A DNA stretch of 48,716 nucleotides from assembly GCF_001194135.2 (NCBI RefSeq), contig NC_068993.1, positions 22,590,241 to 22,638,956 on the forward strand, read 5' to 3'. A program made the position numbers and the translations under genes. Of this stretch, positions 39,401 through 48,716 are shown in pieces. Within the stretch, counting starts at the first letter, position 1, and each line of letters opens with the position of its first letter. Below the pieces are notes generated by a model. The model did not search any database. It was not told the origin of the DNA and was given only the letters and a program-made list of their open reading frames with translations. Source of the DNA: Octopus bimaculoides (lineage: Eukaryota).

Positions 39401-41479
39401 TTGCACTCTACTCCACACTAACATCAAAATTATTCAAAAACATGTTAGAATATTTTTTCTTTGACAAGATGTGAAAACATTTGAACTGGCATATTTCCAT
39501 CGAAGGAAAAACTTGAGATCTCCATCAAGAACACACATAATACTACCTTTGTATACTTCTATACATTATGATTGTAGATATATGCATAAAAAAAAATCAT
39601 ACAAAATGTTTGTTTGTGTACAAATGTGGATGTATGTGTAGTACTCCTTTCTTCTTATTTTTATGTATTTCTCTCTCTATACACATACACATATATATAT
39701 ACATAAGTACAAACTCACAAATACACACACACACACACATTGAATGAGAGAGAGAGAGAGGGAGGAAAAGCGAGGTGCTGAGAGAGAGAGACAGAGTAGA
39801 ATAAATGAAAATATGTACGAATATATCTTATTTTATTTTTATTATACCTTTCAAAGACAAGTTCAATTCACGTCAAGACGAATATCATTATGTTCATTTT
39901 TTTTTTTACTGAGGGATGGTTAAATTGGTTGAATGAGTTTAGTATGAATACACTAAATTTCATTTTTGGTATCACGTCAGTACATATTTACTGGTTTTGA
40001 CACTAATTTCTCTCTTCCCAGATCCACAATACTTAACCATCTTTTTTGTTTATCCAAAAGAANNNNNNNNNNNNNNNNNNNNNNNNNNNNNNNNNNNNNN
40101 NNNNNNNNNNNNNNNNNNNNNNNNNNNNNNNNNNNNNNNNNNNNNNNNNNNNNNNNNNNNNNNNNNNNNNNNNNNNNNNNNNNNNNNNNNNNNNNNNNNN
40201 NNNNNNNNNNNNNNNNNNNNNNNNNNNNNNNNNNNNNNNNNNNNNNNNNNNNNNNNNNNNNNNNNNNNNNNNNNNNNNNNNNNNNNNNNNNNNNNNNNNN
40301 NNNNNNNNNNNNNNNNNNNNNNNNNNNNNNNNNNNNNNNNNNNNNNNNNNNNNNNNNNNNNNNNATATATATATATATATATATATATACATAACGCATA
40401 AAATAATATATTATGTAAATATTAAATACCTCCAGGCAGATAAACATACATTGACAGTGTAAAAAATAAACAAAAACATGATTCTTTTTTTAATGTAAAT
40501 GTCATAGAAGACATCAAAAACTAAATGTAATACTTGCAGGGATGTTGAATGAAAAAAAAAAAAATTAAAAAAAACCTTCTTCAACCAATAATTCAATGCA
40601 AATGTTTTTCCAAAATATTCCTGTTTTTGTTTTGCAATATGATATAAAGATTCTTCTGCAACACTAAATGTTGATGCATAATAACCTCAGCAGGACGACT
40701 TGTAACGTTCCTATAAACTAAGAGATATCAGTTCGTATTCTCTACTTTTCTCAAACATAGCTATTATATCTAAATAATAACATAATTGTTATATCCAGCT
40801 GTTGTTGTTGTTGTTGTTGCTGCTGCTGGTATTGTTGTTATTGCTGCTGTTGTTGTTGTTTTTCATAACGAGATTAATCTTGATGGACCACCTTAGGAGT
40901 GATCAGATATATGCAGCCATGATCATTCTATATTGTACTGGATAACGACATACTGTTACTTCTTTTTAAAATACAACATTGTCTATTTCAAGATTCGGTT
41001 GCTATTTTTATATATTTGGTAGGTCAAAGCGACTATGTAGGAAGTTCTTTTAGGCCACATTATTTCCGATGATTTATGTAGTTTGTTTGCGGTCATTTTT
41101 CATCCATTCATCTTAGAAAATATAGTACGGAATAAATTGAATTAAAGGCATTTATTTATATTGCTTTTCTTTGTCACAAGTGCTTTTGTTTTCTATTTAT
41201 TTCATCTTTTAAATTTTGTGTTTATTTTTCTGCTTAAATCCCTACATCAGTATTCACTAACACATCTATTTTCTTCTATTTGCCTCCATCACACATTTCA
41301 ATTATTCTCACTTTCGTAGTTTTATTACAATCTGCGTTCAATTTATCTTTGTCGAGTTGGCTATTTTATTATTCTTGGTTTTTAGTTCTGTCTTCAGTTT
41401 TTTGCCTCAACGTATATTCAGCAACTGCAACCTCAAAAAGCACTTTAAACTCAATTCTATAATTAGATCCTTACACATA

Positions 41480-42450
41480 AAACTTGGAATAACTTTCTCT
41501 GAGCAGGGTGTTCCATAGAAATCCATATATTTCTGTCAAGAAAAACTGTTTTCATAATTCACAGTTAGTTACATCTCATATATACATACACTGAAGTCTA
41601 CGAATACATAGTGAACAAGCATGATATTAATTCTCTTGATAAATCCATAGAAGTTACAATATTCTCTTAATTTCTTACAAAACTTGGAGTGAAGGGTTTG
41701 TTTAATACATGTAGCGTGTTAAAGGTTTGTTTTATATGTAACATACTTAAAGACACCAGGTTTTCATGTTCTTAATAAAGGATAATTTTGAGGGCTCTGT
41801 TCGTGACAGGAGTGTAAGTTGTGAAACTGTGAAAGTTTTAATGACGTCATTGGTAAAAATATTACATTCCCTTCATATCTCAAGATGAAAATACACAACA
41901 GTAGGATGTACGATTGCAAGTCTTTGGCAGATATGGTTCTGTGGGACCTGTATTTGTCTTTTGGTGTCTTCGTGAGAAGAGAATAAACTAAAGAAAATGA
42001 AGTTATGATAGTTTTATGACTGTATCAATTATCTTTGATATAGCTGAAATTGCGAGTGATAGAGCAATAATTGATTATAGAAAAAAGTGTTTTTCATATT
42101 ATATTATAAAGATACATTGTTATAAAGATATGTAAGGATATGCTTTGAGAAAGGAATGAGTTGTAGGGTAATAGAAGAGTCACTGTTAAGACTGGTTTCT
42201 TCGTGCTACTGGAAGGATTGGAGAAGGTCTTGTAATTTCCAACTGTGTGTACGTTGTTTTGACAAATATTGAAGAGAGCGTTTAGGAGAAATCTTTGTCG
42301 TAGAAGAACTTTTAGTGTTTTGTTGGAAACTGTTGTGTGAAAGTAGAACACCCCTATTTGGTTGGCTCCTAATGGACTGTGTCGCAATATAAATGTACAT
42401 GGGCAGAGAGTGTGGAGAGAGTCGCCTCGCATTTTTGGGTGTTGGTGTTG
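41480..42450 (-). mobile_element. Possible very degenerate Penelope-like RT
   Basis: Weak relics in PLE order: TKTPKDKYRSHRTIS (cf. PKIHK...RPIIS), VIKNFHSF, ENLVSL and EIYGF-PM-like. Confidence 0.3.
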
Positions 42451-42613
42451 ATTTCTTTAAAACGTGAGTTCAATTGTAACACACTGTTATATATTGTTCT
42501 ATGTCTCCCCGCACGGGTGAACCAATATTCGTCAAATTGTTAAATTGTTGAATTTCTAAATTGTTGAATTCTGTCGCTGTTTTGCCTGTTTTGGAGATTG
42601 TTTTTCCCCAGTT

Positions 42614-43925
42614 ATGGGTGAAGTGTTGAAAGGAGGTAAAACGGAGCGTGTCGTAACTTATGCATCCGTAACTACACAAGATATTACGACCAACAACTTG
42701 AAGTTCGCAAGATAAAAACAGACAAAAAGGAATGGAAAGAAGGAGACAAATTGTTACAAAAAGAAAGGGGCCAGGTTAAAGCTGACCTCACCAGAAGTAG
42801 TGACGAACGATGTAGCAAGGAAAACGGTTGTGTACAAGACGTTATCAACCGCTACCAAAAAATTAGAGATTACCCCAATAGAGGCAATTGAGGAATGTCT
42901 ACGTGACGTGAAAGGATTAACCACCTTCTTTACACGTGGGAGAAAGTGCAGCACAGTCGAGATTAGGTTCTCCAACGAGGAGGATGCTATTAACCACTCC
43001 ACTGAGCCGATAAGGACACAAGAGTGCTGCTACCGACGTACTGTTGCAAACGTGTTGCCAGAGTGAGAGTCGGCAGAGTGCCCCCGAGATCGAAGAGGCA
43101 TGGCTGGTGGCAGCAGTCGTGCACGGAATGGAAGAAGATGCAAGGATTTTGAAGATAACCAGAACGAAGGAAGTTAATTGATGGGCTTACGGCGTATAGA
43201 TGGTAATTCAGGTTGGGTTAAAAGACCTACACGGAATTGTAGAAGAGCTTCTACCAGAAGACATTACGTTAAGAGTGGTGATGGAGGGAAGACCTCCAAC
43301 ATGTTTTCTATGTAAACAAAGAGGGTACATGAAAGCAAGGTGCCCTCAGCAAGAAAGTAAAGTACAGGAACAGCAACACGACGGCACCCAAGGAAGTTAT
43401 TGAGAATACGGAAAAGAGAACTATCATCTATAGAACGCTAAACATAGCGTCGAAGAAAGTAGAGATAGCAGCCGTAGAAGCGGTAGAGGAATGTTTGGAA
43501 GCGGTGAAAGAATCGACTACATTCTACACCAGAGGACGGAAGTTCGACACGGTGGAGGTGCGCTTCGTAAACGAAAATGAAGCAAAGAAGTACTCCACTG
43601 TAGCCTTGAAATCAGCGGAGTGGACACTACTACCTACTTACTGTGGCAAACGGGCGGCCAGAGTAAGGACAGGTAGAGTGCCCCCTGAAATTGTCGAGGC
43701 ATGGCTGGTAGCAGCCATCCTCTATCTTTCAGAGGAAGAAGCTTTAAAAATGTCAAAGACTACGGAGGTGAATAGATGGGGATGTGGGCTAGAAGTAATA
43801 AACCATATAAGCCTTCCAAACCTCCGTAAAATTGTGGAAGATCTGGTGTTGCCAGACGAGACAAGATTAAGGAATGTTGTGGAGGGTAGACCTCCAATAT
43901 GTTTTGCGTGTGGAGTAAGGCGTTA
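42614..43925 (+). pseudogene. Disrupted gag/ORF1-like reading frame with two tandem homologous modules, each ending in EGRPP-CxxC zinc knuckle (L1/Tx1-like ORF1 suspected)
   Basis: An ATG at 42614 begins MGEVLKGGKTERVVTYASVT. Module 1 runs KTVVYKTL...TRGRKCSTVEIRF...EGRPPTCFLCKQRGYMKARC. Module 2 runs RTIIYRTL...TRGRKFDTVEVRF...EGRPPICFACGVR. There are stops and frameshifts, and no ORF2 follows. Confidence 0.75.
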
Positions 43926-45334
43926 CACTCATAAAATTTCTTCTCGATACAGCTCTTAAAATTACTTCTTGATACTACTCAACACTACTTCTTGACACCA
44001 CTCGCAAACACACGTGAGCTTTTAAATATTTTTGGAAAGACTACACACATGATACTGCAAAAGAAAAAAAAACTTTAATAAAAACAGTTAAATGGCATTG
44101 TTCGAGAGTAGGGTTCGAGTAGCCGTTGCACTTTTATTAATTATAATCCATTTTCATTCATCGGTTTCATGTTTTTTGTCCCCACTTGTATTGTTCTGTC
44201 TGTCCTTGTGCCATCCATTCTGTGCTCGGGCCTTTGTGCCGAAAAAAAAATCAGTGTAATTACAAGTATTGTGTATCTTGAGAAGAACAATTTACGAGGT
44301 CGTTATTTAGTATTCCGTTATATCGTTCGTCGAACGTGCAGTGCAACAGAAACAAACCAAGTAAAATAGTTGGTGGCATTATGCGTTGATGTGCAAATCA
44401 CAGATTGAGAAGTAGGTGGGAGGATCATAGACATTAGCAAAGACGAAGGAAACAAAAAGCAACAAAGCTTGCATTTTTCGTCGTGTGCTATGGTATCCTT
44501 TACTGTTTTGGGTAAAAGACTTTTAGTTGTTGGATGCAGGTGTATTTCTCCAAATGAAGTAGCAAATATTGTTTATCTTCATTGGTGTAGCACAGGCACA
44601 AGTAAATCTCTGAAAGGTTTGTAACTTTGTTGTATATAAGAACTAAATAAATCTATAGCTTCATCTTGTTTTGTTATATCCATATGATTTGTTAGAACAT
44701 AATATATGAATTTTTCCCTAGCTTCCATAGGAAGTTTAAGGAAAAGTTAAGATACTTTTATTTCATTAGTTCAACTAATGCATGCATAAAAATGATATGA
44801 GCTGTATATTTTCATTGTAATTAAAAATAAGAAAAATAGATTTTGAAGGTAAAGTTACAAAATCTGAAAGAACTATGTTACTGGTCTTGCAGATAATTAC
44901 CCAATTATTTTCGTATTGATTATCCTATTATTATCGTGTGGATTATTTTAATCCTTTGGCATTTGTTTTTATATGTGGTGAGGAAATCTTATATTTGATG
45001 AAGGATGTTTGAGTAAACGATTACATAAATACATTTCATACATTATCTCTATAACGTGTCAATCACACTTTAATATATGGCCGTCACGTACCATGTCAAA
45101 TCTGCAAGGATTTTAATTTAGAACGCAGATGTTACAAGCTGCTGAAAGGTGTTGTACTATTTCCAAAAGACTATCAATCAATCAATTTACTCTCTCTGCC
45201 CACTGCCCCTGGGTGGGTCGCGGAGTTAAATCCCAGACACCTTCTCTACTAACCTCTATCAGAAGCAATCATCATTACACTTTCTTTTCAAACACTACAA
45301 TCCTGAAATAATTCTTTCTACTATATATACACAG

Positions 45335-45527
45335 CGGGAAATGTTTTGGAGAAGGGCTAGTCGATTATATCAATTACGTGAACCTCAGTGCTCAAGTCAA
45401 ATTTGTTTTACCGATCTGGAAAGGCTGAAAGGCAAAGTCGACCTCAGCGGAATTTGAACTCAGAACATAAAGACGGATGAAACGCCGTTAGCATTTTGTC
45501 CGGCATGCCAACAATTCTCCTAGCTTA
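45335..45527 (-). mobile_element. SINE family A copy
   Basis: Contains gaaaggcaaagtcgacctcagcggaatttgaactcagaacataaagacgg. Confidence 0.8.
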
Positions 45528-46630
45528 TTATCATACCAACCAGAAATAATGCTTGGATATTCTTCAAAATATTCTTCGAACTCACGTCTTTTATCACTAA
45601 TGCATTTAAGCCATTCACCGGCGAAGAACACTACTACCGATAACGTATGGATGTAATCATCTCTACTGGTTGCCACACATTTAACTAACTGTGCAAAGCA
45701 ATATTCGACACAAAACAATATTAGAAACGTAAACACATGCTTTATTACATTACAAACCTGCAAACTATCCTACGTCTTCAATTAAAGCTAGTTAATTTGC
45801 TTCCGTTAATAAAAGGGTCGTTCAATAAGCTACTCTTCAACTAATTGGAAAAAGCTGATGAAATATTGTTTACATAGCATGATCGCATGACTTACTAAGC
45901 ATAGTAGTGAAATATCTCTCAAATTCTATCCTGGTGCCTTTAAAAATAAATGCAACTTAGGGCTACCTGTTTTACACAATAATAAGCAATATATACATTA
46001 TGTACGTAAAATAAATACGGACTAGACATGGCTGGAATACGCTTAGTCATAGATTTGTTCTATTATAGTTCGCTTAGAAAAACAAAAAAAGCATTACTAA
46101 CCAGTAGCTGAAAAATCTATGCAATCAATACTGCTCCACACGTTATGCTCTTAATGAAAGACTGCTACAAAATATTCGTCACACCAGTTGTCTTATCACA
46201 ATGTATACATTACCCGAAAACATGTCGTCCTAACGTGTCAAAGCATTAAAAACAAGGAAAATATTTCTTCCCATATTCTTAAATATTGTGGTTCACCATA
46301 GCAATTACCACTATATACGCTTCAGCCTATAACTTTCTGTCACGATTTAAACCCATCTTATGATAATATGCTACATGTTTCATCCTGAAGAAAACTTCTT
46401 GTAATTTTACCAAATGCTTACACAATTTCACTCAAATGCCTACGCCGTTATACTGGGTCTCTCCTAATACTCAGTGATTTCATTAACTACAACGTCTATC
46501 AAACCAGATTTACTGAAGTTGTATTCTTCTTTGTCACTCCCTAATGGTTTCTCGTCCATCGCCGACAACAATACAGGTAAAATACCTTGATCTAATCAGT
46601 CCCAGCGTTATCGCAGTCAATGACCAACTA

Positions 46631-47388
46631 TTGGGTTGGCAACTAAGTTCCCACCGTTTTTTTTAAATTTTGGAATTTATTGCATTTTAAATTTTGGAAT
46701 CTATTTTTTTCGAGAATTCTATTTTTGAATCATTTTGGAATCTATTTCCTTTTTTTTTTGTTAGTTAATTTTAGTTAATTTTTGTTTATTTTCAGATCAT
46801 TTAAATGGAATGTCAAGTTAAGAAAAATGAGCATTTTCGACATATCCTTCTTTTTACTTTTAATCAAAGTTCTTAGGCCGCAAAAGCTGCTCGCGTCATT
46901 TGTGCTGTGTATGGAGAGGGTGCCATAGCTGAAAGAACCGCTCGTGATTGGTATGCCAAGTTCAAAAATGGAAATTTTGACCTCAAAGACGCACCTGGCC
47001 GTCAAGTTGAGTTCGATGAAGAGCGATTAAACCATCTTTTGCACGAAATTTCTCGTCAAACGACAAGGGAACTGGCAGAGAAAATGGAATGCTCCCACAC
47101 TGCTATAGAGAAGCATTTTCACTCGATGGGAAAAGGTTCAGAAGTATGGAGTATAGGTTCCGCATGCTTTAAGTGACAACAACAAAAATCAACGAGCCAC
47201 AANNNNNNNNNNGGAAAGGTTCAGAAGTATGGAGCATGGGTTCCGCATGCTTTAAGTGACACCAGCAAAAATCAATGAGTCACAATCTCTGCTGGTTTGC
47301 TTGCTCGTCACTGCTCAGCTCATGGACACAAGCAACGATTTCTTTACCGAATCGTTACTGGCGACGAAAAATAGTGCCTGTACATCAC
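46631..47388 (+). mobile_element. 3'-truncated mariner transposon (mellifera-like)
   Basis: TA|ttgggttggcaactaagttccc TIR. The ATG at 46805 begins MECQVKKNEHFRHILL, then VYGEGAIAERTARDWYAKFKNGNFDLKD, a WVPHAL motif and RIVTGDEK. It ends just after the first catalytic Asp. No right TIR. Confidence 0.92.
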
Positions 47389-47779
47389 AAACCACAGGCA
47401 TTTAAAGATTTGTCTTCTAAATTTTAATTGATAACAAATTGGTTATCTCATGTTCCTCTCTGAATTGAACGACATATGTAACTGAATATGTAACTCTGTA
47501 AATAGCAATATTAACCAAAAGCATTTATCTTGTTTTTAAGATAGTTGATGGCACCGTGCTGATATTAAGTTAACTGAGGAGAACCATTAGAGAGATAAAT
47601 GTTTTGGTGATGGAATATAAACAAAAACTAGAAAGGGGTAGTAGTTGCAAGAATTTATAATATCGTTGTGTCTATTCTCTCTCTTTGTTTTCCCTGTATA
47701 TATGAGATTGTACCTAGAAATCTTTCTGCCTGGTGTTGAGAGAGGACACTGGTATGCATGGGCGATTAACGGTATTCTA

Positions 47780-48010
47780 CAAACAATCTTTCCCAGACTT
47801 GTGCCATCAATATTTTCCAAGAGAAATGCAAAGGGTGATACACCTTGGCACCAGTGACATCGCAAATCATTTCTACAGCTGAGTGAAGTGGAATTACATG
47901 AAATAAAATGTTTTGCTCAAGAACACAACACGCAACCCGGTCTGGCAGTCGAACACACAACCTCACGATAGTAAACCCGATGCTCTAACCAGTGAACCAT
48001 GCGCCTTCAC
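47780..48010 (-). mobile_element. SINE family C: tRNA-derived head plus CORE-like domain
   Basis: Sense reads gtgaaggcgcatggttcactggttagagc (A-box) and gtgttcgactgcc (B-box), then tgtgttcttgagcaaaacattttatttc...ctcagctgtagaaatg, resembling the CORE-SINE domain. Confidence 0.75.
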
Positions 48011-48716
48011 ACCCCCAAACACACATACACACATACATACACATATACACACACATACAAACGTACACATACATGTACATACACGTGTGTGGTGGGGAAC
48101 GTCTGTGCTAGTGTTTGTAAAGTTAAAATATACTTATTTCTTTAACATTTCTTCTCTTAACAGAGCTTATATATTTCCTCTGTTTTGTTTACTTTAGTTG
48201 AAACATTTTCTCCGTGTTAAATCGTATCCCAGTCATACAATGTACACACAACTGTAACTCTCACCATCGTCTTCCCTTCCCATTTGCCCGACTTGCCCTT
48301 TTGGCTCCATACTCACGTCTGTTTCACCTCTCACCCAGGCTTTCTTACAAAAAATATCAGAATTATGCTCACACATATATTCTACACTTCTATACAAACA
48401 CACACGCGCGCGCACACACACTGTGTCTCCGCTTATTCCCATATCCATAACGGATTTATTTTCATACTGACACAAACACGACCCTTTTCACTTACATCAC
48501 CGAATAAAGCAATATAAACTCTGGGGTTCTAACCGTTCGCTCTTCTCTCCGTCTCTCCCTTAATGACTATTCCAATCAGTCTTACCTTCAATTTCTTTTA
48601 CTTGTAATGAAGAACTACCTAACGTCCGTAACATTAAGGCAATTTCACACACACACGCACACACGCACACACATATATATGTATATATATGTAAATATAT
48701 ATATATTATATATATA

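Noticed and set aside
47940-48010. tRNA-like sequences with A and B boxes
   Set aside because: They are SINE heads joined to repeat bodies with no complete cloverleaf, so they are not tRNA genes.

Overview
AT-rich, microsatellite-dense animal genomic DNA from a gapped short-read assembly (11 N-gaps, about 3 kb). The SINE families look like those I recall from Octopus, so an octopod source is likely; this is inference and was not checked by search. There is no complete host gene, tRNA or rRNA gene, or CRISPR array. Most long ORFs in the track are microsatellite or N-gap artefacts. The window is mostly decayed mobile DNA: three mariner-family elements, one DD37D/maT-like transposon, an R4/Dong-clade retrotransposon, two RTE-clade LINE fragments, several Penelope-like remnants and about 15 tRNA-derived SINE copies from three families. 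Three observations stand out. (1) A 54-bp minus-strand exon with near-consensus splice sites (ARNLAMLSNPYEWIFHDP) suggests the window lies within introns of a large gene, possibly a glutamate-receptor or ANF-receptor-fold protein. (2) A fold-back or template-switch inversion flipped the 3' end of the R4/Dong element and created a 31-bp-arm hairpin, next to an unclassified (TAA)n-flanked repeat. (3) A gag/ORF1-like reading frame is built from two tandem diverged modules, each ending in a zinc knuckle, with no ORF2. Coordinates of degenerate elements are approximate.
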